Of a stretch of 25,149 bases of DNA, positions 1 through 8,233 are shown one piece after another; the first letter of the stretch is position 1, and the number at the start of each line of letters is the position of its first letter. The notes beneath the pieces were generated by a model. That model did not search any database. It saw only the letters and a list, made by a program, of their open reading frames with translations, and was not told the DNA's origin. Position numbers and translations under genes: made by a program. This DNA is from Candidatus Thalassarchaeaceae archaeon (GTDB taxonomy: Archaea; Thermoplasmatota; Poseidoniia; Poseidoniales; Thalassarchaeaceae), in NCBI GenBank assembly GCA_030747675.1, contig JASLKH010000007.1:1-25149 (forward strand), in the 5' to 3' direction.

Positions 1-2
1 TA

Positions 3-338
3 TCTTCCAGATGTACTATTCTTGAAGGAGATAATAGAGTCACATTAAATGAAGATTATTTTGGCAAATTTGATCGAGTCAATCTAGGACTTCTACCTTC
101 TTCAGAAGGTGGTTATGAACTTGCTTTGAAGGCATTAAAACCAGAAGGCGGGATTTTACATGTTCATGGATTAGCTCCTGGAAAGAAAGAAGAAAAATGG
201 GCCGAAGAATTAGCAAAAAATCTTACTTTGAGGGGCGAATTTAATTGTATTATTTTTCATATTGAGAAAGTAAAATGGTATGCTCCTCATCAACGACATA
301 TCGTTGTAGATATCCATGCAGCCCCGGTGTCGAATTGA
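3..338 (+). CDS. Class I SAM-dependent tRNA-modifying transferase (Tyw2/Taw2/Trm5-like), C-terminal part; 5' end is outside the window
   Basis: The frame is open from base 3: SSRCTILEGDNRVTLNEDYFGKFDRVNLGLLPSSEGGYELALKALKPEGGILHVH...VKWYAPHQRHIVVD. The DRVNLGLLPSS, GGILHVH and VKxYAP motifs are typical of the Tyw2/Trm5 (Met_10) family. Confidence 0.8.
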   Translation, partial: SSRCTILEGDNRVTLNEDYFGKFDRVNLGLLPSSEGGYELALKALKPEGGILHVHGLAPGKKEEKWAEELAKNLTLRGEFNCIIFHIEKVKWYAPHQRHIVVDIHAAPVSN

Positions 339-342
339 ATAA
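335..342 (+). promoter_or_regulatory. Candidate TATA-like box TTGAATAA for a leaderless cdsA transcript
   Basis: Sits at -29..-22 from ATG 364, the same spacing as the canonical TTTAAATA upstream of the ZIP gene. It contains the TGA stop of the upstream gene. Confidence 0.45.
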
Positions 343-363
343 CCGCCCCTGTTTCGGAAGACT

Positions 364-1314
364 ATGGACCTTGGTATCGAGAATGAAGCCTTAGCCCTAG
401 CCGCACCCCCTATGTTGGCATTTGTTGGCGTTATGTATGGGATATTGGTACTACTATCTTTGGCAAAATGGAAGTCTCATTCTGAGACATTGAAGAACAT
501 CTGGACTCGTTCTTTAGTTGCCACTCCCCTGCTTTTTATGATTATGGCTTCAATGGAATATGGCCCTCTGGCTTGGGGCTTTATTATCGGTGTTTTTGCA
601 CTTGCTGCTCACCGAGAATATTGTATTGCTATCAACTTGAATGAGAAGTATATGCAAGCCATTGGAGCAGTGGTTTTGATGCTTCTAATGGTTGGAGGAA
701 TGACACATCAAAAAACCGAATTGGGATGGTCTGGAATGGGTGGTTCTGGATGGCTTGCATTGAGTTTACTAGTTGCAATCATCGGAACTTGGTCAATTCC
801 TATTATCCAGGATAGATCCGAAGGTACAACTGAACAATTTGGCCGCGCAATAATTGGTTTTATTCTTGGCTGGTTGTTTTTGCATGGCACCTTTTTGTTA
901 CACTTAGGTGAAATAGGGACTGGTGCAGCAATCTTCACGGTCATCGTTGTAGCAATGACTGATTCTTTTGCTTTGATTACAGGTCGAATCATTGGCCGTC
1001 ATAAGTTCCGCCCAATTCTTTCTCCAAAGAAAACTTGGGAAGGTGTTTTTGGTGGTGTGATTGCGGCTGCAATTGCAGGCTATGTAGCCCAACCATTACT
1101 TCCCACACTTTCTTCAGTTGAAGCCGCAGTACTGGGTGCAGTTCTAGCCATTATTGGGACTATGGGGGACCTTTCTCTTTCAATGTTGAAGCGTGACCTT
1201 GGATTGAAGGACTGGTCTTCAGCCCTACCAGGCCATGGAGGCATCCTTGACCGTGTCGATTCATTCATTTTGGCGGCTCCAGCATGCTACTGGATTTTGA
1301 TGATAATCGGGTAA
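364..1314 (+). CDS. cdsA: Phosphatidate cytidylyltransferase (CDP-diglyceride synthase), bacterial CdsA / CTP_transf_1 type
   Basis: Polytopic membrane protein with SPKKTWEGVFGG and GDLSLSMLKRDLGLKDWSSALPGHGGILDRVDS signatures. Confidence 0.92.
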   Translation: MDLGIENEALALAAPPMLAFVGVMYGILVLLSLAKWKSHSETLKNIWTRSLVATPLLFMIMASMEYGPLAWGFIIGVFALAAHREYCIAINLNEKYMQAIGAVVLMLLMVGGMTHQKTELGWSGMGGSGWLALSLLVAIIGTWSIPIIQDRSEGTTEQFGRAIIGFILGWLFLHGTFLLHLGEIGTGAAIFTVIVVAMTDSFALITGRIIGRHKFRPILSPKKTWEGVFGGVIAAAIAGYVAQPLLPTLSSVEAAVLGAVLAIIGTMGDLSLSMLKRDLGLKDWSSALPGHGGILDRVDSFILAAPACYWILMIIG

Positions 1315-2209
1315 ACAGCTTCATCGCGGTAATTAAGGTTAAAATTGAAATTACTACTGCCATAATCCACGTTATGTTAATACTTGAGGAATCAGATTTA
1401 TCAGTTATTTCAGGGGATGAAAATCCATCATCACCTGAAGTATTGCCGCCCACAATTCCAATCATTTCTATTGAGGAAATTTGAACTTCTTGTATAGGTC
1501 TATCCGGACCAGGAGGCACTCGAATCGTCCCCCCTAATGGGTCGTTACTGGTGGGTACAGCGGCGATTGCACGCACATGGGACATCCCATCTCTGACAAT
1601 TCCAAATGTAGCGTATCCTCCATCATCTCGATTCTCTGGATCAAGTTGATGCTGTGCACCATCACACAAGTAAAATTGGCTTTCAGCACTATCTTCTTCC
1701 AATCCTCGTGCCATTCCAATTGCTCCGTCAACATGACTCATGTTTATCTCATGTTCTAGAGGAATAGTTTCACCACTCCCCCCATCACCACAATTGGGAC
1801 TGGTAGTTGGATAAACCCCCACTGTCTTGCATAACGGGTCTCCAGATTGTGCCACAAAATCGTCAATGACTCGGTGGAAAAAGATTCCATCCCAAAATGA
1901 TTCTTCAGCTAAAGAGATAAAATTAGTTGTAGTAATTGGGACCCATTCCTGAAATAATTCAAGGATTATTTCACCCTCAACAGTGGAACTACCCAAATTA
2001 GGTACATACTGAACTTGCATTTTAACAACTGGATTTCCCTTTTTTGATTCATCCATAGGCCTCCCTTCTAAATCAGGGCCATCCGACCATGTAGAAGGAT
2101 CTATTTCATTTTCAGACCAATGCTCATCTTCTTGTGCAATAGTTGAGGGGAAAATTACAGTTATCAGCACGAATGTGGTGAGCAACAACACACCTCTTGC
2201 CCTCAACAT
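1265..2209 (-). CDS. Secreted, C-terminally membrane-anchored cyclophilin-type peptidyl-prolyl cis-trans isomerase
   Basis: FHRVIDDFVAQSGDP, GAIGMARG, SAESQFY and YATFG motifs. Signal peptide MLRARGVLLLTTFVLITVIFPSTIAQ (start chosen at ATG 2209; the ORF track starts at 2272). C-terminal TM helix. Confidence 0.88.
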   Translation of the reverse strand: MLRARGVLLLTTFVLITVIFPSTIAQEDEHWSENEIDPSTWSDGPDLEGRPMDESKKGNPVVKMQVQYVPNLGSSTVEGEIILELFQEWVPITTTNFISLAEESFWDGIFFHRVIDDFVAQSGDPLCKTVGVYPTTSPNCGDGGSGETIPLEHEINMSHVDGAIGMARGLEEDSAESQFYLCDGAQHQLDPENRDDGGYATFGIVRDGMSHVRAIAAVPTSNDPLGGTIRVPPGPDRPIQEVQISSIEMIGIVGGNTSGDDGFSSPEITDKSDSSSINITWIMAVVISILTLITAMKLFTRLSSKSSSMLEPPK

Positions 2210-2290
2210 CAGTTCTAGGGGGGGGCCACTTCCACATGAGGTCATCGGCCGAGCGTCACCCTCATGACACACCGCCCCTTAGGGCGGTGC

Positions 2291-4180
2291 ATGTCTGAAG
2301 TATTCGAGGCTGAAATTCTCGACGATTCAGACCTCGCAAATGAAAGGCGGGAGTTTTACCAACTCAATATTGCCCTCGCAAGTACTGCAGTAGTTGTTGG
2401 ACTATTCATCCTACTTGCCAGTTTGTGGGGTTCAGGTCTTTTCTCCAATCAAAGTGGAGATAGTGTAGATGATTACGATTGGTGGGATGTACCACTGAAA
2501 TTACGTCATCAGATGGACCTTGATTACACAGGAACTCGGAGCAAATTACCTGTTAATGGTACATATTCTTGGACTGGCCCGACCGAACATTTCGTGGAGG
2601 TCGATTTACCACTCAGTGAGCAAGACGCCGGGTATCCAGAAACTCCACAAATGCACGTTGCATTATGGCTTCCAGAAGTCCCCCCTGATGTAAAAATACC
2701 AGTAATTGCAACAGTTCATCCATACTATGACTTTGGAGGAGAAGGTGCTCCAGGGGTTGGTGATGATTCAACTCCTAACACCGTTCCGGATGGAGGAGTG
2801 GGAGCATGGGTCTTGGATCAGTTTGTCCCCCATGGATATGCTTTGGCTCAAATTTCCACATTCGGTAGTGGTAAATCCACACATTGTCAAGACGTCAAAG
2901 GTCTTGGTGAGCAAATAGGTATACAAGCTGCAGTTCATTGGTTAGGTGAGCAAAATTGGTCGAATGGTAATGTTGGATTAATGGGTAAATCATATGCAGG
3001 CACTACTAACTGGGAGGCTGCACAAAATCCAAGTGAGCACTTGAAGACAATCGTTCCAATTTCAGGAAGTATTGGTGTACAACAAATGTTCTACAGAAAT
3101 GGTAGTAGCGAAGCTCGTGCGGTGGGTTATGACCTCGCATATCAAGGAGCAACTAGTGACATGACTACAGATGATCTACGCATTTGTAGTGACGATATTT
3201 TTGGTCCAGCAATGCCAATCACTACGAGTTTGGGTGCAGAATTAGGTGGGGCTGATTGGTCAGATTATTGGGAAGAAAGATATCATCTTGGGGATGTCTT
3301 GCAAAATTACAATGGAAGTGTATACATTGTATGGGGCCTCCAAGATTGGAATGTAGATCCTTATCATGCTTTTCCGGCTTATCAAATGTTGCGCGATGCT
3401 GGAATTCACACTCGAGCTATTAGTGGACAATGGGCTCACAATTATGTCGATCAGCCTGATCGCCACGGCACTCTTGGGTCTGGATATGGAGCTGAAGCCT
3501 ATCCAAATATGACACGTTTTGATTGGGCAGTTGAATTGTATGCTTGGTTTGAGTATTACTTGAAAGGAAATGGAAAGGAACCGGATGCGCATGTCCAGAT
3601 TCAAACTAATGACGGCGGGTGGCATGTTGAAGAAACATGGCCACCCGAAGATTTGACTTGGGACTTTCAGGAATTGGACACTGCCGTAGCAGAGGGGACT
3701 AGAGTATCTGCAACATCTTCCACCTCCTTTGTTATGCCTGAATTGAGTGAGGGTATTCACATATCGGGTTTACCGACTTTGCATATATCGGCTACAGCGT
3801 CTACCTGCAATGGTGGCCAAATCTTTGCTACCATGTATTCAGATTCAACGGGCCTGCGTCTTGGACATGCTACGATGGATATGCGATATCGTGATGGAGG
3901 GTATGACGCAAAGTTCGTCGCTCCATTCCAAACATACACCATGCTCATGGAATTCAATCCACTAGATGTTAGATTATCTGCTGGCGATGCGATTCGGATA
4001 GAATTGACAGAATCTGGTGAAGATTACTTGCCTTCAACATGTGCTGCAGTTGGATTGACCGTTCACATTGATGAAACGTCAACACTAGGGCTCCCCATCA
4101 TTGACCGACCCGATAATGATGGGCGCTGGTTCCACTCTCCACCTTGGTGGGAAGATCCAAACAATGCTGTTGGGTTGTAA
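2291..4180 (+). CDS. Membrane-anchored CocE/NonD-family serine hydrolase (peptidase S15 / X-Pro dipeptidyl-peptidase-like)
   Basis: Nucleophile motif GKSYAG, GLQDWNV, GQWAH, and a C-terminal PepX_C-like domain (GLRLGHATMDMRYRDG). N-terminal TM helix. Start chosen at ATG 2291 (ORF track 2264). Confidence 0.85.
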   Translation: MSEVFEAEILDDSDLANERREFYQLNIALASTAVVVGLFILLASLWGSGLFSNQSGDSVDDYDWWDVPLKLRHQMDLDYTGTRSKLPVNGTYSWTGPTEHFVEVDLPLSEQDAGYPETPQMHVALWLPEVPPDVKIPVIATVHPYYDFGGEGAPGVGDDSTPNTVPDGGVGAWVLDQFVPHGYALAQISTFGSGKSTHCQDVKGLGEQIGIQAAVHWLGEQNWSNGNVGLMGKSYAGTTNWEAAQNPSEHLKTIVPISGSIGVQQMFYRNGSSEARAVGYDLAYQGATSDMTTDDLRICSDDIFGPAMPITTSLGAELGGADWSDYWEERYHLGDVLQNYNGSVYIVWGLQDWNVDPYHAFPAYQMLRDAGIHTRAISGQWAHNYVDQPDRHGTLGSGYGAEAYPNMTRFDWAVELYAWFEYYLKGNGKEPDAHVQIQTNDGGWHVEETWPPEDLTWDFQELDTAVAEGTRVSATSSTSFVMPELSEGIHISGLPTLHISATASTCNGGQIFATMYSDSTGLRLGHATMDMRYRDGGYDAKFVAPFQTYTMLMEFNPLDVRLSAGDAIRIELTESGEDYLPSTCAAVGLTVHIDETSTLGLPIIDRPDNDGRWFHSPPWWEDPNNAVGL

Positions 4181-4714
4181 TTATCCCCAGAACTCACGAA
4201 TTTGCTCTGCGCTTTCAAAATCTCCGACTTGTCTTGCAGTGATTTCTCCATCTTCATTCACCACAATTAGAGTGGGTGTATTTTTGATATCAATTGAAAT
4301 TGCCAATTGTGATTCAACCATGAATGGGGCATCTACATTGTGGGTATCATTGGATTCGTCGACTTGTGTGTGCCAATCATTCAATTTCTCCCACGTGTTG
4401 TCCCCATCATCAGTTGAAATGACAATGAATGTTTCATTTGGCAACTCGCCGGTTACCTTGTGCATCACATCTCTACAAGGTGTACACCATGATGCAGAAA
4501 AGTGAATGATATACTTGGTGCCGAGCATATTGGATTTTGAATATGTTTGATTGTCATCAGCAGTTGCAGTCCAATCTGGTAATTGTTCAAAATCGGATGA
4601 ATCACTATCTCCTCCAATACACCCCGAAAATCCACTTGAGAATAGTAGTAATGAAATCAGCGCCATATGGCATACATTTCTCTTCATGAATTCCGGCATG
4701 AATTTCAGTGTCAT
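4181..4714 (-). CDS. Thioredoxin-like (TlpA/redoxin) lipoprotein
   Basis: HFSASWCTPC active site, cis-Pro motif NTPT, and lipobox-like LLFSSGFSGC. The true start may be ATG 4687. Confidence 0.85.
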   Translation of the reverse strand: MTLKFMPEFMKRNVCHMALISLLLFSSGFSGCIGGDSDSSDFEQLPDWTATADDNQTYSKSNMLGTKYIIHFSASWCTPCRDVMHKVTGELPNETFIVISTDDGDNTWEKLNDWHTQVDESNDTHNVDAPFMVESQLAISIDIKNTPTLIVVNEDGEITARQVGDFESAEQIREFWG

Positions 4715-4777
4715 AATGCTATCTCAGCCTAATGGTCACAGCAAAACAGTTGTGAATGGTGTACTACTCCCCTGTAC

Positions 4778-5698
4778 ATGCGATTCACAGTATCCGTTTT
4801 TTTAGTCGCACTTTTACTCATTTTCACATCAAGTGTAAATCAGCCCTTTGAATTGGCTGAAATTGATGAACAGCATCGGTCTGATTCAAATTGCGAAAAT
4901 GGGCAAGGTAATTCCTCGATAGACCGAAATGGCTGTTTGGATTCAGATGGCGATGGATTTTCAGACCCTGATGCAAATTGGACATTAGAACAAGGTGCCG
5001 ATGCTTGCCCCTTTACTGTGGGGAAAAGTCGTGAAATTTTGAATGGATGCACTGACATGGATCGGGATTGGATTGCAGATATGATTGACCCAGACATTGA
5101 CGGGGATGGAATTACTAATGAGTTTGAATTAATTTCATCGAGTTTGACCGAACGATTTGATCCTTATGACAAGGAATCACATCCTCCCGACTTTGATTTT
5201 GATTTAGTTCCCGATTTAATTGATGAAGACGATGACAATGATGGATGGCCAGATCGCGTAGAAATAGATCGTGGTTCAGATGAATTTGACCCGCAAGAAA
5301 CACCTTTCAACATGTATTTTGGTACAACAACAGGTTTTTACTATCTCGGTGGCTTTTCGACATCAGATGAATTTACAACTGAAGGAACCGAAATTTCATT
5401 ATCAGTTTTCATTGAAATTGCTACTGGCGAAATGGTCATACCGATTTTGCTGATACCATTATATCTTGCATTATTTGGCAAGCGCCGTCGCCATTATAAT
5501 CGATTGTCAGAGGAGATTGATGGGGTCAAAGATTTCTCTGAATTAGCAAGGCTTGAAGTTGAAGTGAATCAATTTATCAAAGACAAAAAGATTCGTGTAT
5601 ATCATGGATTAATCCTGCGTAATTCGATAGAGCAACGTGAAACAGAACTTGGCTCGTTAGTCGAAAAGAATCCGAACAATTTATCTGAAGAAGAATGA
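4778..5698 (+). CDS. Single-pass membrane protein with thrombospondin type 3-like Ca-binding repeats
   Basis: Signal peptide, DSDGDG / DIDGDG / DDDNDG motifs, TM helix VIPILLIPLYLALF followed by KRRR, and a helical cytoplasmic tail. Confidence 0.7.
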   Translation: MRFTVSVFLVALLLIFTSSVNQPFELAEIDEQHRSDSNCENGQGNSSIDRNGCLDSDGDGFSDPDANWTLEQGADACPFTVGKSREILNGCTDMDRDWIADMIDPDIDGDGITNEFELISSSLTERFDPYDKESHPPDFDFDLVPDLIDEDDDNDGWPDRVEIDRGSDEFDPQETPFNMYFGTTTGFYYLGGFSTSDEFTTEGTEISLSVFIEIATGEMVIPILLIPLYLALFGKRRRHYNRLSEEIDGVKDFSELARLEVEVNQFIKDKKIRVYHGLILRNSIEQRETELGSLVEKNPNNLSEEE

Positions 5699-5761
5699 AA
5701 CAGGTCTTAACTCAAGGATTTGTTGATACATTTGATAACAATCCAGATTTTGCATTGACAT

Positions 5762-6127
5762 ATGCGCGTACTTGCTTTTGAGGATGGCGCAGATATCGCA
5801 TTATTACTAGGTCAAAGTGGAGTTGAATTTAGCAACATCACATTTGAACAGCGATGGACAACAGAGAATGCAGTATCCATTATTCAAAACTTCAAGCCCG
5901 ATGTGTTGCTTTTAGATCATTATATTCCACCAATATGTGGATTGGATGTTTTGCGGGCAATTAATGAAGCTGTATTGCATAATGAAAATCATCGTCCAAG
6001 AACGATTGTTGGGATGTCTTCAATGGCTGTAGCAAATCAGAAAATGCTTGAAGAGGGCGCTGATTTTGGTATAATCAAAGCAATGGTTGGAACTCTACCA
6101 TTTTGGCCCCGAAATCATTCATCGTAA
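5762..6127 (+). CDS. Stand-alone CheY-like response-regulator receiver protein
   Basis: 121 aa with the acidic pair (AFED), phospho-acceptor Asp (PDVLLLD), GLDVL, Ser switch (GMSS) and conserved Lys (GADFGIIK). Confidence 0.85.
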   Translation: MRVLAFEDGADIALLLGQSGVEFSNITFEQRWTTENAVSIIQNFKPDVLLLDHYIPPICGLDVLRAINEAVLHNENHRPRTIVGMSSMAVANQKMLEEGADFGIIKAMVGTLPFWPRNHSS

Positions 6128-6816
6128 GGAAACCAATCTTCTTCATTTTGTGGACGATACCACCACTGACCTTCGTCGTCTTGCCACCATTCAGTACCAT
6201 CTTCATCAACGCGGTATGTTTCATCTTCAGAATTTGTGGGTTCTTCTTCAATTTCGACACCCATTTCTTCTGCAATTTTACGCTTTAAGTCAGTAGCCTC
6301 ATCCTCAACATCATGGAACACACGATGACCAGGTTCTTGTGAAGTCATAGTTTGGTGATCCCCAGCCGCAAGGGCTTCATCCGATTCTTTGAAGAAATCT
6401 TCAGCCATTTGTTGCCGATACTCTTCATACTCGTCACGGCCAAAAGAACCTGTGAATGAACCATCACGAGCCCGCATTAGTTCATCTAAATCTTGACGAG
6501 AACCCAGTTGTAATTCAGGTGCATCAGGTAATCCTTCACCATCATAGAACTCTTCTTCATCATCACCCCGTCGTATGAATGTCTTTCCTTCAGGATGAAC
6601 ATCTTCAATTTCTTCGATGAGGAGGTCATGTTCTTCATCATCAATTTGGTCTTCATCATGCGTTCGCTGAACAATTTTCACGAATCGCTCTAATTCCATG
6701 ATGAGTTCATTACCAGAGTGGGCTTTTGTGATTTTTTCGAGTCGATTCAACAACCGATCATATGGTCTTCCTGCGAGTCCGCCGAGAAATCTCCCAAAGC
6801 CACCTTTCTTCGCCAT
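6115..6816 (-). CDS. Highly acidic hypothetical protein with a C-terminal Trp-rich motif
   Basis: 233-aa ORF with plausible coding composition, a TATA-like element upstream, and a tail DEDGTEWWQDDEGQWWYRPQNEEDWFPY. Confidence 0.65.
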   Translation of the reverse strand: MAKKGGFGRFLGGLAGRPYDRLLNRLEKITKAHSGNELIMELERFVKIVQRTHDEDQIDDEEHDLLIEEIEDVHPEGKTFIRRGDDEEEFYDGEGLPDAPELQLGSRQDLDELMRARDGSFTGSFGRDEYEEYRQQMAEDFFKESDEALAAGDHQTMTSQEPGHRVFHDVEDEATDLKRKIAEEMGVEIEEEPTNSEDETYRVDEDGTEWWQDDEGQWWYRPQNEEDWFPYDE

Positions 6817-6868
6817 GTCTTGAGCAACAGGTGGAACCCTTATTCACACTTACCGCTGCTATACCCTC

Positions 6869-7612
6869 GTGGTCGAATCGTGGTTGGAGGAGGCGGCAGG
6901 CGCCTACAATCGAGTATCTGCGAGTAAAAAAGATGGATATGCAGCGCTTATTTTGTTCCCAACAAAGCATCTTCAAACAATTTTGGATTGGGCTTTCGCC
7001 TCTCTTCCGGATGAAATTTTGATAGGCTTCGATCCTAATTTTGAGGCACCAATTGATCTAAGAGTTTTTGAATTTTTCACGGGTAATGAATGCCAAGATG
7101 AACTTTTCGCTGGCCAAGGTTACCAAGTTGGTGAACCCCATCTTGTTAATCGAGGTGATGCTTTTTCCGTCCATCATGTCCCTGAAGAATGGGTAGATGA
7201 TTTATTTTCAATTAATCGTGGATCTAGAGGGGCACGATTCACACATTGGATGCACACGCATCCAAATTGTGTGGCTATACCTTCAGCAGCGGATGCAGAT
7301 GCTGCACAACATACCTCCGGCATTGACATGATTCTTGGTATTGAGTTTTCTCCATCTGGCCTATTACCGTGGTTTGAAGATACTGAAGGGATTCGACGTC
7401 CACTAAGACCTGAAGGAGAAAAGAAGAGGGGCTGGGGAAGTTGGCGCAGAAAACATCGGAAACCAGTCCTTGGCCATGCACAAACTGGGCACAGTATTCA
7501 TGGCTTGGAATTGATTGCATTTCATCGAACCGGTGTTGGTATTAATGTCATTCTAGTCGATGATGAGGGGTGGCCTCATGGGTTTGCTAGGGATGCTGAA
7601 AATAATCAGTGA
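6869..7612 (+). CDS. JAB/MPN+ (Mov34) metalloisopeptidase-family protein
   Basis: JAMM motif HTHPNCVAIPSAAD (HxHx7Sx2D) plus the upstream catalytic Glu in LPDEILIG. GTG start. Confidence 0.8.
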   Translation: MVESWLEEAAGAYNRVSASKKDGYAALILFPTKHLQTILDWAFASLPDEILIGFDPNFEAPIDLRVFEFFTGNECQDELFAGQGYQVGEPHLVNRGDAFSVHHVPEEWVDDLFSINRGSRGARFTHWMHTHPNCVAIPSAADADAAQHTSGIDMILGIEFSPSGLLPWFEDTEGIRRPLRPEGEKKRGWGSWRRKHRKPVLGHAQTGHSIHGLELIAFHRTGVGINVILVDDEGWPHGFARDAENNQ

Positions 7613-8148
7613 ATTTTTTGAAAAATTTCTTTCCGATAATGTCGCAACTCTTCGATACTTCCTTTAATGTCATCAAGGGCCCTATGCCCACTCGGTTTTC
7701 GAAACCCTTTGACATCTGGATACCAACGACAGGCAAGTTCCTTCACACTAGTTACATCGATGCTTCGATAATGAAAGAAATCTTGTAAATCTGGCATATG
7801 AGCCCTTAGAAATCGGCGATCTTGACCAATTGTGTTACCGCACAACAAACTCTGACCTGGGGTGCAATACTTATTCAGAAATTCTAAAGTTCGAATTTCA
7901 GCGGTTGCCATACTGATATCACTATCTCGAACTGCATCAATTAACCCATTTGCTGTGTGGTGAGTTACATTCCACTCATCCATTTTTTCGATTTCTTCTT
8001 CTGGTTGAAATATAACTAAATTTGGTCCCTCAGCGACAATATCCAATTCGCCATCTGTAACTAATGTTGCAATTTCGATGATTACATTTTCTTCAGGATC
8101 TAACCCGGTCATTTCGAGGTCGATCCATACTAGATTCCCGTCTGCCAT
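7606..8148 (-). CDS. orn: Oligoribonuclease (DEDDh 3'-5' exonuclease)
   Basis: LVWIDLEMTGLD, IIEIATLVTD, LCGNTIGQDRRFL, HYRSIDVTSVKEL and HRALDDI motifs. The true start is ATG 8148; the longer ORF overlaps the MFS gene. Confidence 0.95.
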   Translation of the reverse strand: MADGNLVWIDLEMTGLDPEENVIIEIATLVTDGELDIVAEGPNLVIFQPEEEIEKMDEWNVTHHTANGLIDAVRDSDISMATAEIRTLEFLNKYCTPGQSLLCGNTIGQDRRFLRAHMPDLQDFFHYRSIDVTSVKELACRWYPDVKGFRKPSGHRALDDIKGSIEELRHYRKEIFQKIH

Positions 8149-8189
8149 GACTCTCTGTGTCGCCTGCCCATCCATAGCGATTCGCATTG

Positions 8190-8210
8190 TTACAATACGC
8201 AGGATTGTAA
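8190..8210. promoter_or_regulatory. Perfect inverted repeat TTACAAT-N7-ATTGTAA between divergent orn and MFS genes
   Basis: Arms at 8190-8196 and 8204-8210. The right arm lies about -30..-24 from the MFS ATG. Confidence 0.4.
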
Positions 8211-8233
8211 GCCAGACCGTGTGACACAATACC

